Notes: generated from the sequence alone by a model not told the origin. Counted from the stretch's first letter, positions 8,971-20,247 are shown. The stretch is DNA of 64,000 nucleotides from Candidatus Bathyarchaeota archaeon (GCA_963833575.1 CAWHXY010000004.1:1024001-1088000); one strand, 5' to 3'. Translations and numbers: made by a program.

Positions 8971-10272
8971 TTAGGATTGGTTGGGCGCGAATTCCCAAGC
9001 GATATTGCCTTTCCAAATCTCACCTAATTTAGTTAATCTTATTTCCTTGTCGTCAGTTTCAATTAATCCTTTGTCTTTTAGTTTTTGCAGTTGCTTTGGA
9101 AAAACTTTTTCTGGTGAAGTGCCAAATTTCTGCATGAACTCTTTTTTACTGACTGGTAACCGTAAGTACAGCCTGGTCATTGTTCGTCTCATCATATCTT
9201 CGTCTGTAGATTCCGAAAGCTTACTTATAGGCAGTTTTCCAGTCTTTACTGTTGCCATGTAATCGTTAATGTTTTCAAGGTTAGAATATGAAAATCGCTG
9301 TAGGTAACCCATGAAGCATCCAGCGCCAGTTGTTAAAATTCCTCCCCATGGCCAGCCGTTAAGGCAGTTTTCTCTCATGTGCCATTCCACTCGGCTATAG
9401 CGATCGTGACCTACTGCCTTGTAGCCAGCAGCAGTTAACATTTTGTAAGCCGTTAAATACATCTGCTTCTCATAGTCCGCATCTCCAGTCGGCGGAGAAA
9501 CTCCTGTCTTAATCATTTTCTCAAGCATCGTGCCAGGATCCACATGCAGCGAATAAGCGTCAATCTCCACGTCAAGTTCAATCGCTTTCTTTAGCGTGCT
9601 AATCCAGCTTTCCATTGTCTGACCAGGGAGATTATACATAAGATCCACACAAACACACAAATTCAGTTTCCTTGCGTGTTTAATGGCTTTTTCAACGTCC
9701 TCGGCGCTGTCTGGTAAACAAAGATTTTTCCTTAGCTTGTCATCAAATGTTTGTGCGCCCATGTCCATTTGATAAACTCCGTATTCTGCTAGTTTATTAA
9801 TTTTTTTAAGAGCTAATGTTTTTGAGGAACCAGTTACTTTGATGAAGTATTCCTTGTTTATGTTGAAGTTTGCCTTGCAGAAGTCTATGAGATCAATCAT
9901 CTGCTCAGCCTCTAGCACGCTAGGGGTTCCGCCACCTAAGACTATTTCGTCAAATGTGCTTGTCTTAACATATTTGGTTTTGGCGTACATTCCAAGCTCT
10001 TTCTTCAGCAATTCAAGATAGGGTTCTATCTTCACCTTGCTTGTGGCAGTAGTGGGGAAATAGCAAAAGGCACATTTTGAATCGCAAACAGAAATCCATG
10101 GTTGAAGCTCCATCAATCTTCCTGACGTATTTTCTGTATTCAGGAATTCCATGAATGCTTCGTAAGTTTGAGGTTTAATGTCTGGGTAATCTCGATAAGT
10201 GTATGGTGGCCAATTTTCGCGTGTATCGTAAGCTTCTGAGTTTCCTTTTTCAAGCTTAGAGCTTTTTTCCAT
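8971..10272 (-). CDS. HemN/HemW-like (class C) radical SAM protein
   Basis: PPYTYRDYP N-terminus, CDSKCAFCYF, GGGTPS, DLMYNLPGQT, HemN_C-like tail IRLTKLG. Confidence 0.85.
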   Translation of the reverse strand: MEKSSKLEKGNSEAYDTRENWPPYTYRDYPDIKPQTYEAFMEFLNTENTSGRLMELQPWISVCDSKCAFCYFPTTATSKVKIEPYLELLKKELGMYAKTKYVKTSTFDEIVLGGGTPSVLEAEQMIDLIDFCKANFNINKEYFIKVTGSSKTLALKKINKLAEYGVYQMDMGAQTFDDKLRKNLCLPDSAEDVEKAIKHARKLNLCVCVDLMYNLPGQTMESWISTLKKAIELDVEIDAYSLHVDPGTMLEKMIKTGVSPPTGDADYEKQMYLTAYKMLTAAGYKAVGHDRYSRVEWHMRENCLNGWPWGGILTTGAGCFMGYLQRFSYSNLENINDYMATVKTGKLPISKLSESTDEDMMRRTMTRLYLRLPVSKKEFMQKFGTSPEKVFPKQLQKLKDKGLIETDDKEIRLTKLGEIWKGNIAWEFAPNQS

Positions 10273-10970
10273 CCAGAGTCCCCTTAAATGCCATTTTAAA
10301 ACGGTTTGATACCATAATAAAGATTACTCATTAATTCTAGTTACCTTGTATGATGACCAAATAGCAGAATTCAAACAATATTTAATTTGATCTTATAGAA
10401 AATGAGAAAAATAGTACGAACAAACAGAGAAAAATTACCCCTCAAAAATTTAGAAATAATTTAGAATTATATTGGTAATTCCTGCCATAATTATAAGCGC
10501 GTGTGCATTGTTCTGTCTCCTAAGAATAAAAAAATCGAGAAGACCCAGTAAACCCAGCTGAGAAACAATTTTTTCCAATTTTAGAGTATTCAAGTTATTT
10601 TAATGTCATTCACAAAATTGATTAGCGACTTATTGTAAGGACACAATAGGGAAATGGCGGCAAAGGCTAAGACACACACCTATTCACCACAACGGAGAAG
10701 ACTATTTGCCAGTAGAACGCGGATGCAAGTCCTATAAATTCGAAAGTGCCTTTGAACTATAACTGCATGTTTACGGAGTGTGAAGTAACCTGTTGCAGTT
10801 GATTCTTGAGCTTTCAGCTAGATAAAGGGGCTAATTCATCCAAATTGTAATCTTATTTTACAAAAGAGAAATCAGCCAAACATAGTAAACTCTTTTTTCT
10901 AAGAAGTAGAGATTCAAAGGCTATGTAAAGTATTTGAACCCTAAATAATGCTTACTCGTCAGAGCATCAC

Positions 10971-11777
10971 TTAGGGAACTTGCAAAACACTTGCTTTCTC
11001 CCACATATATTCAAAATAATTTATCGCCAATGTCCTAAGGCTTGCATTGTCAGTCCATAAATCTGCATACTTATGATAGGCGTCAGGCACCACTATATTT
11101 ACCCTTTTTCGGTCATACATTGCCAATTGAACAGGTGGCTTTTCTGGGAGTTCCCTTATTTCAAACAACCGACTTCTTTGAAGTTGCTTTATAGCATTTA
11201 GGATTTCCCTGTCCTTCCGAAGCTTCTCTGTAACAATTCGAAGCTGGACTCCTTGTTTAAATTTTTCCAAGAAAAATCCTTTATTCCTTAATATTCCCCT
11301 TTCATTATCTAAAGTTGGTCCGATTGCCTCTATGCTAATTTGTGCGTTTGCACATTCTTTATCATATTTATTGAAAGCGATTTCTTTTTCGGAAGCATAG
11401 ACAAAATGACTTGTTTCTTCAAGTGTCTTATTTCTTTTAATAGAAGCATAGTTTTCCAGAAATAATTTAGTCTCTTGATCTAGATCTGAAAGCTCAGTCG
11501 CTTTTTTTGCTCGCAGAATTTTTAGGGAGGTTTCGATCGGGGTCGCCTGATATTTGGTTGGTGAGCCAACAATTTTTTCCACGAGCCCTAGGTCCACCAT
11601 AATCGGCATTTCACGATATATCTGCTGACGTGTAATATTGCTGGCTTGTGCGATGGTAGCGCTTGATCCACTCATCATTTTTAAGAGAGTATAGTATATT
11701 TTTGCTTGAACTTTACTTAGACCTAATCTGATTAGTATTTGATCCTCTTTTTCCAAGAAACAAGCGCTATCAGCCAA
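10971..11777 (-). CDS. TrmB-family transcriptional regulator
   Basis: LGLSKVQAKIYYTL...GLVEKIVGSPTKYQA wHTH; C-terminal effector domain ending YFEYMWEKA. Confidence 0.85.
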   Translation of the reverse strand: MADSACFLEKEDQILIRLGLSKVQAKIYYTLLKMMSGSSATIAQASNITRQQIYREMPIMVDLGLVEKIVGSPTKYQATPIETSLKILRAKKATELSDLDQETKLFLENYASIKRNKTLEETSHFVYASEKEIAFNKYDKECANAQISIEAIGPTLDNERGILRNKGFFLEKFKQGVQLRIVTEKLRKDREILNAIKQLQRSRLFEIRELPEKPPVQLAMYDRKRVNIVVPDAYHKYADLWTDNASLRTLAINYFEYMWEKASVLQVP

Positions 11778-11922
11778 TGTCCTTCTCCTTGCTTGTTACT
11801 TATGCAACGAACTCTTTCTTATTTTTTTCCATAGAACTCGGAATTGTCATGTTTTTTTGTGTTTACAAGGAATTAAACGGTCAATGCTGCATAAAACGAA
11901 CATCATAAAAGGAGAATAATAA

Positions 11923-14547
11923 ATGAAAATAAATAAAACCTATAAGACATCAATATTTACTCTGACAATCGCAATCCTCACAATCATGCTATGCGCTCCA
12001 ATACTTCTACCAACAGCTAGCTCACATACACCACCAATTAACATACCAACCTATGCTTTTTGCAGCGTTTCACCCAACCCAATAGGTGTCGGTCAATATG
12101 TTAACGTCAACTTCTGGATTAATCAGCCACCACCGACAGCCAGCGCAGCAGCTGGTGACAGATACCACAATATGACAGTCGTTGTCACACACCCTGACGG
12201 AACAAAAGAAACCCTTGGTCCATTTTCATCTGACGCTACAGGGGGATCACACACTACATATACACCAACTGCCATCGGCAACTATTCATTCCAAATGTTA
12301 TTCGGTGGACAAACATTGGCAGGTGAAAACGGCGCAAACCCAACAAATGCATACATTGGTGACTACTTCGAGCCAAGCAGCAGCAACGTTTTCCAACTGA
12401 CCGTACAGCAAGATCCTATATCTTACGCCTCACAAACGCCTCTTCCAACAGAGTACTGGACAAGGCCAATTTACGCTGAAAACAATAACTGGTATTCAAT
12501 AGGCGGTAGCTGGCTTGGTCTAGGGGTTTCTACATTCGCAAGTTCTGGCATGTACGACGCATCTGGCAACTATAATCCATATACCACTGCCCCAAATAGC
12601 GCGCACATTCTCTGGACAAAACCCGTAGCCTTCGGTGGAACGATTGGCGGCTCTTACGGTAATGGTTCTGAACAAAGCAATTACTATTCAACCTCCCAGT
12701 ATGAACCCAAATTTGCACCAATCATAATGAACGGAATACTATACTACACCAACTATCCAGGTTCAGGCACCAACCCCGCTGGGTGGACAGCAGTAAACCT
12801 AAAAACCGGCGAAGTAATTTGGACAAAAAACACTACTGAGATTCTAAGATGCGGTCAAATACTCTATTATGATACACCTAATCAATACGGAGCCCTCGCA
12901 TACCTGTGGAGTATTCCATATAGTCCATTCAGTATAGTCGGTCCTTATGGCACACTTTCGATGTGGGATGCAATGACAGGCAACTACATTCTGCAAGTCA
13001 CAGGCGTACCCGTGACCCCAATTTATACGGCCATGACACAAGATGCCAACGGAAACCTGATCGTTTACTATGTAGACTCGGCAAGTAACACATTGAACAT
13101 GTGGAACTCAACAAGATGCATTAACCTCGGAGGTACACCATTTACTATATTCACAGCGTTCCCTGATGCAAATAGCTGGGCATGGAGACCGGGAAATGAC
13201 GTATCCGTTAACTTTTCCTATGGTATTCAATGGACGAAGCCATTAGCAACCAACATTAGCGGCGTTCCAATCGACGGTTCTCTTTCAATCAAGGCGACAA
13301 GCAGTGATACACTACTCTTAGTAGAAAACGATGGTACTAGCGCATCGGCTAGCGCATCTGGCTATCAAACGGGATATCAAATCGAAGCAGGCTACAGTGC
13401 AATTGACGGTTCACAGCTATGGATAGAAAACAGAACCTATGCACCCTACTCACTACTAAACGCTGACCCTCAACCATGGATAGGAACAGGCAGTGGTGTC
13501 TATACAATGGTTGTACTATCAACACAAACCGTATATGCTTATAGCTTAACAACCGGAAAACAACTTTGGACACACACACTTCCGAATGCAAGTCCCTTTA
13601 GTTCTCTAGGCGTAAACGCTGTTGTAGCAAACGGTACAATCTATCTATATTGTTACGGTGGAGACGTGTATGCATACGACCTACAATCAGGTAACCTAAA
13701 CTGGCAATACCACACACCAAGCGGCGGATATGAATCACCATATGGTTCAGAATCTATCTGGACTTTCACAGTGGGAACAGTTGCTGACGGCAAACTCTTT
13801 GTTCCTGAAGGACACATGTACAGTCCACCATTATTCCACAACGCACAACAACTATGCCTAAACATTACAGATGGCAGCGTAATATGGAGCATTGACGCAT
13901 TTGACACCACTAGTGCACCAGCAATCTCAGACGGAGTTATGACCACACTAAACGCTTATGACAACCAAATCTATGCATACGGCATGGGTCCAACCAAAAC
14001 AACTGTTAATGCACCCAACATTGGCGTGACAACAGACACTCCAATAACAATAACTGGCACTGTAACTGACATCTCTGCAGGCGTCTCACAGGAAGCAGTG
14101 GCAGCAAACTTCCCCAATGGTTTGCCAGCAGTATCTGACACAAGCATGACTCAATTTATGGAATCAGTCTATATGCAGCAAGTAATGCCACACAACATAA
14201 CTGGAGTACCAGTTACACTATCCGTTACAGACTCTAACGGTAACTACAGAGATATCGGAACCACAACCAGCAATGCGTACGGCACCTACAGTCTAACTTG
14301 GACACCAGACATCCCCGGCAACTACACGCTTACCGCAACCTTTGCAGGCTCTCAATCCTACTATTCATCGTCAGCAGCGACAGCATTCTACGCAAGCAGC
14401 CCACCAGCAACACAAGCGCCCACAGCAGCACCAATTGGCAACGTAGCTACGCAAAGCACACTTGAATACATTGGTATTGCAATCATAATCGTGATAGTCA
14501 TAATTGGCGCAGTTCTCGCAATTCTTGTCACAAGGAAACACCCATAA
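11923..14547 (+). CDS. Membrane-anchored surface protein with PQQ-like beta-propeller and C-terminal Ig-like domain
   Basis: Signal peptide, AVNLKTGEVIW/YAYSLTTGKQLW blades, C-terminal TM plus RKHP; paralog of 36825-39554. Confidence 0.8.
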   Translation: MKINKTYKTSIFTLTIAILTIMLCAPILLPTASSHTPPINIPTYAFCSVSPNPIGVGQYVNVNFWINQPPPTASAAAGDRYHNMTVVVTHPDGTKETLGPFSSDATGGSHTTYTPTAIGNYSFQMLFGGQTLAGENGANPTNAYIGDYFEPSSSNVFQLTVQQDPISYASQTPLPTEYWTRPIYAENNNWYSIGGSWLGLGVSTFASSGMYDASGNYNPYTTAPNSAHILWTKPVAFGGTIGGSYGNGSEQSNYYSTSQYEPKFAPIIMNGILYYTNYPGSGTNPAGWTAVNLKTGEVIWTKNTTEILRCGQILYYDTPNQYGALAYLWSIPYSPFSIVGPYGTLSMWDAMTGNYILQVTGVPVTPIYTAMTQDANGNLIVYYVDSASNTLNMWNSTRCINLGGTPFTIFTAFPDANSWAWRPGNDVSVNFSYGIQWTKPLATNISGVPIDGSLSIKATSSDTLLLVENDGTSASASASGYQTGYQIEAGYSAIDGSQLWIENRTYAPYSLLNADPQPWIGTGSGVYTMVVLSTQTVYAYSLTTGKQLWTHTLPNASPFSSLGVNAVVANGTIYLYCYGGDVYAYDLQSGNLNWQYHTPSGGYESPYGSESIWTFTVGTVADGKLFVPEGHMYSPPLFHNAQQLCLNITDGSVIWSIDAFDTTSAPAISDGVMTTLNAYDNQIYAYGMGPTKTTVNAPNIGVTTDTPITITGTVTDISAGVSQEAVAANFPNGLPAVSDTSMTQFMESVYMQQVMPHNITGVPVTLSVTDSNGNYRDIGTTTSNAYGTYSLTWTPDIPGNYTLTATFAGSQSYYSSSAATAFYASSPPATQAPTAAPIGNVATQSTLEYIGIAIIIVIVIIGAVLAILVTRKHP

Positions 14548-14570
14548 ACCAAAAATGCACATCAAAAATC

Positions 14571-14590
14571 TTTTCCCTTTTTATTTTTTT
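14571..14590 (+). terminator. Oligo-T terminator
   Basis: TTTTCCCTTTTTATTTTTTT after the stop codon. Confidence 0.5.
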
Positions 14591-15114
14591 GAAGTTAATG
14601 GAGTATAGATAGGGGCTGAGTAGGCTTTGGCTAAAATTCACGATACACGTCATAGTTTCGTGAGGGAAATTTTGCATTTTTCTTTTTCTCCTAAAAGAAA
14701 TTTTCTTCCTATATTCTGTGCCTGAGCCTCAGCAAACCCTACAATATCCTAAGTCAGATCAACATTTTACGCTTAAGTTACGTTAATGAGTACTAACACA
14801 TTAAAGATTACTTTAAAAAGATAGGTAAGTCAAAAAATTGGAGTTTATCACTTTTATGCCTGAACGTTTTTTCAAAGAACAATTATTTTCCAGTAACTGA
14901 CACTTGTGTAGTCTTTTTTGAGGATCTGGTCATAGTTTCATAAATTAACCTGCCTGATCAAAACCCCGTAAAATTTAGGTCTAAAGGAAAAATGCGATCA
15001 CAAAAAGTAAACTAGCAGTTAGTCCTCAAACGGCCAGGTTACCAACCGCTCGTTTATAACTTCAGGATTGATGATCCGATTGCGCTTTTATCATTTCAGA
15101 AGCGTTATGGCCGA

Positions 15115-16518
15115 CTACATCCTTGCCATGACTCGCCAGAGGTTGTAGTTCACTGCTGTTCTCGCCATTATCTTGCTGTACATGTTGCCTTTAACGTATC
15201 CTTTCATGGCTTGGCGCATAATGTACTTTGGACCATAGAATTTATTGTAAAAGGTTTTCCTCATTTCTGCTATTTCTTTCGCGGGCAAAAGCGGATCTTC
15301 AAAGATTGGATTCATCGTATTGTACAGTTTCCAGTCCTCTGACATTTTCCACCCATTACTTTCAACTAAAGCTCGAAGCTCGGTTCCTAAGTAAGGTGTA
15401 GCATGACATAACCATACATCGTCGGGTTCTACTTGACGGACAAACTCAAGGCTTTCACGCAGCGTTTCCTTTGTTTCTCCAGGGTACCCTAAGATGACAG
15501 AGACTGTAACAAAGATGCCTGCTTCTTTCGCCCATTTAATCGCATTTTCGCATTGTTCGGTGGTAACTTTCTTTTTTAGTGAATCGCGGATTCTTTGGCA
15601 ACCAGACTCCACTCCAAAACAGATTTCGTCACATCCAGCTTCAGCCATCTTTGCCAGAACTTCTTTTGTAACTACGTCCGCTCTGCTACTGCAGCCCCAT
15701 GGTAATTTCAATTTTCTCTCAATCATTCCGTCGCAGATTTCCATTGCTCTTTTCTTATCAAACGTTAAAGTGTCATCTTGGAACGCGATCCCTTCAGCAT
15801 CGTACTCATTCTTTAGCCATTCTAGTTCATCTAGAACGTTTTTTGAACTTCTTGCTCTGTATTTTGCTCCGAACATTTGAGATGCCACGCAAAAAGAGCA
15901 CTGAAATGGGCATCCTCTGCTTGAGATTATTGGAAGAAGCTTCATTCCTGTAATTCGATACCGCTTCATTTGTATGAACTTGTACGCTGGAAGGGGTAAT
16001 GCATCTAAGTTTTGGATAAAAGGCCTATCTTGTGACCGTATGACTTGATTGTCTTTTCGAAAGATTATGCCTTTAATGTTGTCGATTTTCTGCATTTCAG
16101 GCGACTGTATAGCCAACTCCAAGAGCGTTTCTTCTCCTTCGCCCCTGACAATAATATCCACATCTTTCTCGTCAGAAATGATTTGTTTGTCTGCGAAGGT
16201 TGCGTGAGGGCCTCCCATTACAACTTTGGCATCAGGGCAAACTTGTTTAGCAACATTTGCAGATTTTAAGGCTGACTCTATTATAGGAGTCATTGCACCG
16301 ATTCCGACTATCGTTGGCTGAAAGGAATCCAGTTCAGCTTTAAGCTTTTCATGGTCCATTTCGCATACTGGGCAATCGAAGATTTTTACTTCGATATTGT
16401 TTTGATCTAGGACAGCCGCCATGTAGGCTAATCCAAGTGGAGGAAAAAGTGGGTGATGTCCAGTTTTTTGTAGAAGTGGTGTATTAACTAGTGCAATCTT
16501 AGATTTGGTTGTAGTCAT
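15115..16518 (-). CDS. Cobalamin-binding radical SAM protein (class B, BchE/methyltransferase-like)
   Basis: PPLGLAYMAAVL, GGPHAT, RGEGE, SRGCPFQCSFC, GVESG, GYPGET. Confidence 0.9.
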   Translation of the reverse strand: MTTTKSKIALVNTPLLQKTGHHPLFPPLGLAYMAAVLDQNNIEVKIFDCPVCEMDHEKLKAELDSFQPTIVGIGAMTPIIESALKSANVAKQVCPDAKVVMGGPHATFADKQIISDEKDVDIIVRGEGEETLLELAIQSPEMQKIDNIKGIIFRKDNQVIRSQDRPFIQNLDALPLPAYKFIQMKRYRITGMKLLPIISSRGCPFQCSFCVASQMFGAKYRARSSKNVLDELEWLKNEYDAEGIAFQDDTLTFDKKRAMEICDGMIERKLKLPWGCSSRADVVTKEVLAKMAEAGCDEICFGVESGCQRIRDSLKKKVTTEQCENAIKWAKEAGIFVTVSVILGYPGETKETLRESLEFVRQVEPDDVWLCHATPYLGTELRALVESNGWKMSEDWKLYNTMNPIFEDPLLPAKEIAEMRKTFYNKFYGPKYIMRQAMKGYVKGNMYSKIMARTAVNYNLWRVMARM

Positions 16519-16738
16519 TAGGCATACACATGTGATTTACTAGTAATTCTGAGGTATTATAGACCTTAGACAATATTGTTTGGGAATTTTAAGTTTATGC
16601 TAAACAAGCATTTTCTCATAAAATTTTGATAACAGGTGAATTTTGCAATTAGAAATCATTAGAAATTAGTTGAATTTTCTCGGACATTGTTCGATCTCTG
16701 ATCCAGAGATACAAATCACAAAGGGTAAGCTTCGAAAA

Positions 16739-18859
16739 TTAAGACCCAAATGCGTAGAATATGTGGTTGTATGAACCAATGTAAACTCTGTCGTTTGAAA
16801 TAGCGGGTGAAGAAACAACCATTCCTCCTGTTGCATAACTCCAAACACACGTGCCACTCATAGAATTAAAAGCATAAACTTTGCCGTCATTAGAACCCAC
16901 ATAGACTAATCCATTAGCTATGGCAGGCGAAGAAACCACTTCTCCTCCGACTGTGTAGTTCCACAAAACGTCGCCGTCAGATGCACGTAGAGCATAAAGA
17001 TTGTTATCTCCTGAACCTACGTAGACTACGCCATTAGCTGTGGCAGGAGACGAAGAAACCTCACCGCCTGTCAAATAACTCCAGACAAGCTTTCCGGTGA
17101 AAGCGTTTAACGCGTAAATTCTATGGTCATATGAACCTACAAAGACTGTAAGGTTTGCAATTGCAGGAGAAGAAATTACATAACCGTTTGTACTGTACTT
17201 CCAGATTAACGCTCCATTAGATGCATTTAACGAATAAACGTTATTATCGATTGACCCGACGTAGACTCTGCCATCAAATACGGTAGGCGAAGAAACAATT
17301 ATTTGGCCACCGGTCGAATAGTCCCACTCGAAAGCACCTGTGGTTGCATTCAACGCGTAAATTTTGTCGTCCTCTGAACCTATGTAGATTATGCCGTTGC
17401 TTATTGCAGGGGAGCTGATAACTGGACCAGCCGTTTTGTAACTCCATACGCCGGTACCTGTTGTTGCATTAAGAGCGTAAACTTTATCGTCATATGAGCC
17501 AAAGTAAACTATGCCATCAGCAACCGCTGGAGAAGAAAACATAACCATGTTTCCGGTAGTAAAGCTCCAAACAACATTATTATGGAGCTCCAAATTATAG
17601 CCAACCATTCCCGTGGAAGCATTCAAAGCGTACACTTTACCATCATGCGAACCAACATACACTAATCCACCCTCTATGGTCGGCGACGAATCAATCTCGC
17701 CACCAGTTGCAAAACTCCAAATATAATTTCCATCTGCGACGTTTAGCGCATAAAGTTTGCCATCCCATGAACCTAAGTAAACCACGCTTTTAGTTACTGC
17801 AGGACTAGAAATGACCATATCATTAGTCGTGAAGTTCCACAATAATTCTCCATTTAATGCATTCACCTTGTAGATTTTGTTATCCTCCGACCCAAAGTAG
17901 ACTGCGTTGCCGGCGATTGTTGGCGAGGATGCAACAATACCGTTTGTTGTGAAATTCCAAGTTTCTTTCCCATTTGATGCATTAAGAGCATAAACTCTGT
18001 TATCTGATGATCCAATATAGATTAACCCATTTGTAATACATGGGGATGAAAAGACAGGTCCTCCAGTAGTGTAGTTCCACATTGATTTTCCATTAAGAGC
18101 ATCTAAAGCATAGACAGTTCCATCTACCGAGCCCACGTACACTCTGCTATTAGTGCAGACGGGTGAAGAGACTACTTGGTTGTCTGTTAAAAAGCTCCAA
18201 ACATAGGCGCCGATAGAAGCGTTTAGCGCGTAAATTTTGTGGTCTTCTGAGCCTATGTAAACAATCCCGTTGCTTACATCAGGAGAAGACATCATGATTT
18301 TGTAACCTGTTTCAAAACTCCAAATAAACGCTCCTGTTGTAGCGTTCACCGCATAAATATTATTGTCTTCAGACCCAAAGTAAACTATTCCATTCGCAAC
18401 AGCTGGGTCACAATCAACATAATATCCTGTTGTATAATTCCACAGTTTGTTGCCATTGGTTGCGTTAAAAGCGTAAAGGTTGTGATCCTCTGAACCCACG
18501 TAGAGAATACCGTCTACTACTGCGGGACGAGATATCACTACGGCGCCTGTTGATGAATCCCATATGAGGGCACCATCTGAAGCATTAAAAGCGTAAATTT
18601 TGTGGTCATAAGATCCCACGTAAACAACATTATCAACGACCGTAGGCGAGTCAACTTGGCCGCCGGTGTTAAATTTCCACAGTGTCTGGTTTGTTTGCGG
18701 AGTTTGAGTATTCGAGTAGCCCGAATGTGTAAGATCTTTATGGAACATGGGCCATGAATCTAAGATAGGTTGGTTTTGTTGAAGAGAAAAGATTATTGCA
18801 ATACTTGAAACCAAAAATATCGCTACTATAATGAGACTTGCAATAGCTATTTTCTTCAT
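16739..18859 (-). CDS. Secreted/anchored PQQ-like (BamB-type) beta-propeller repeat protein with 16 blades
   Basis: N-terminal TM/signal, WPMFHKD motif, 16 repeats of about 40 aa (SSP...VYxGSxD..YALNA..G..W). Confidence 0.9.
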   Translation of the reverse strand: MKKIAIASLIIVAIFLVSSIAIIFSLQQNQPILDSWPMFHKDLTHSGYSNTQTPQTNQTLWKFNTGGQVDSPTVVDNVVYVGSYDHKIYAFNASDGALIWDSSTGAVVISRPAVVDGILYVGSEDHNLYAFNATNGNKLWNYTTGYYVDCDPAVANGIVYFGSEDNNIYAVNATTGAFIWSFETGYKIMMSSPDVSNGIVYIGSEDHKIYALNASIGAYVWSFLTDNQVVSSPVCTNSRVYVGSVDGTVYALDALNGKSMWNYTTGGPVFSSPCITNGLIYIGSSDNRVYALNASNGKETWNFTTNGIVASSPTIAGNAVYFGSEDNKIYKVNALNGELLWNFTTNDMVISSPAVTKSVVYLGSWDGKLYALNVADGNYIWSFATGGEIDSSPTIEGGLVYVGSHDGKVYALNASTGMVGYNLELHNNVVWSFTTGNMVMFSSPAVADGIVYFGSYDDKVYALNATTGTGVWSYKTAGPVISSPAISNGIIYIGSEDDKIYALNATTGAFEWDYSTGGQIIVSSPTVFDGRVYVGSIDNNVYSLNASNGALIWKYSTNGYVISSPAIANLTVFVGSYDHRIYALNAFTGKLVWSYLTGGEVSSSPATANGVVYVGSGDNNLYALRASDGDVLWNYTVGGEVVSSPAIANGLVYVGSNDGKVYAFNSMSGTCVWSYATGGMVVSSPAISNDRVYIGSYNHIFYAFGS

Positions 18860-18932
18860 TTTTTCTCTAATTTATTTTCTACTCTTATAAGCTTATGACA
18901 TTTTGTCTCCAATAAATTGAAGAAAATATGGG

Positions 18933-20033
18933 CTATTTCTCGCGGAGACTTTCAGGAATATAGGCGCATGCAGGATCGGATTCATAAATGTCTCCTGTGT
19001 AGGCGTAAGCTCTATTTCTGCAGCCTCCGCAGAGTTCTCGATATTCGCACACTCCACACTTGCCTTTCAAGACATTTCTGTCTTGGAAACTCTTGTAGTA
19101 TTTTGATGCTTGGATTTCTTTCCACGCTGTTGTGAGGCTTTTTTCTCTAATGTTTCCCAACATCATTGGCTCTGAAGGTCTGAGATCTGTGTAGAAGCAC
19201 GGTATTAAATCGCCGTTTTCGGTTACGCTTAGATATCCACCGAAGGCAAAGTAGGTGCATTTTCCATGAAACTTATGCTCGTACCAATCGTCAAAATTAG
19301 ACGGATTCCTTTGTTTTACAACACGGACAAAATGTGGACAATGCACATGGATTTCGAATTTACCTTCGTATTTTTGTGTCAAATCCCATATATGATTAAG
19401 AGTCCACTCATATTCCTCAGGAGTTGGCGTAAGCTCACTTGTTTCAGCCATTTCTTTTGCTCGTCCGCTCGGCACAAGATGATTATACCAAACAAAGTTA
19501 GCGTGATATTTTTCGGCTAATTCTGCCACATGATCCAAATGTTTGTAGTTTATTTTTGTGATTGCGCATGCTAAACCATTAAGGATTTTACCGTTTGATA
19601 ATTTTTCAATGGCTGCGATTGCCTTATGGTACGATCCTTTTCCTCTTAATTGGTCGTTAATTTCTTCCGGTCCATCTATACTGACGGATGTCCAAACTTG
19701 ATTTTTGACTAAGTTATCGTAAATTTTTCCATCTACAAAGCACCCGTTGGTTAGTAAGCATACGTTGAGGCCAAGATTTTTTGCGTAAGTAACAATTTCA
19801 AAAATATCCTCACGCATTAGAGGTTCTCCGCCTTTTAAGCCGAACCATCTGACGCCAAAACTGTGAACTTCATCGACAAGATGCAACGCCTCTTTCGTGG
19901 TCATTTCTCTTGGCGAACGTTTACCTGTTGCATCAACATTGCAATATCTACAGCGAGCATTACAGGCTCCTGTTGCCCTCCAAGAAGTCATAAGTAAAGG
20001 ACCCTTATTCGTCAAGTCAAAATCCACCCTCAA
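18933..20033 (-). CDS. Radical SAM/SPASM protein, paralog of 4690-5799
   Basis: CNARCRYC, GGEP, CGVCEYRELCGGCR...DPAC. Confidence 0.9.
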   Translation of the reverse strand: MRVDFDLTNKGPLLMTSWRATGACNARCRYCNVDATGKRSPREMTTKEALHLVDEVHSFGVRWFGLKGGEPLMREDIFEIVTYAKNLGLNVCLLTNGCFVDGKIYDNLVKNQVWTSVSIDGPEEINDQLRGKGSYHKAIAAIEKLSNGKILNGLACAITKINYKHLDHVAELAEKYHANFVWYNHLVPSGRAKEMAETSELTPTPEEYEWTLNHIWDLTQKYEGKFEIHVHCPHFVRVVKQRNPSNFDDWYEHKFHGKCTYFAFGGYLSVTENGDLIPCFYTDLRPSEPMMLGNIREKSLTTAWKEIQASKYYKSFQDRNVLKGKCGVCEYRELCGGCRNRAYAYTGDIYESDPACAYIPESLREK

Positions 20034-20247
20034 AGTCTCTTCGCTGATTCATTATTTATGTTAACGTTTCCTTTCACACTAAAAAAGATTATGCGCTGCC
20101 TCTCTTAGTATCACTTTTTGATTCATCAGCAAACTTTGTTACCTATTTTATGAAAAAATAAAAAAGGGTCAAGTTCCGTAAGGTTTATAGTGAAACCAAC
20201 TATCATAAAGTCAATGGTGGCAACTCGTTAAACTCTTAAATGAAAAT

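Noticed and set aside
10273-10970. Long intergenic region with AATAGGGAA, suggestive of a cobalamin riboswitch or gene remnant
   Set aside because: The remaining B12-box elements are not recognisable and only short ORFs without motifs are present; an Rfam scan would settle it
14591-15114. About 520-bp gap between convergent genes
   Set aside because: No repeat, stable structure or credible ORF was found by eye
16739-18859. ~120-bp periodicity as a DNA repeat array or DGR target
   Set aside because: Explained by beta-propeller blades with synonymous divergence; no reverse transcriptase or adenine-specific variant pair
18933-20033. Calling this gene pqqE because of the adjacent PQQ-like propellers
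   Set aside because: No pqqA-D or ExxxY precursor was seen, and the propellers lack evident quinoprotein catalytic motifs
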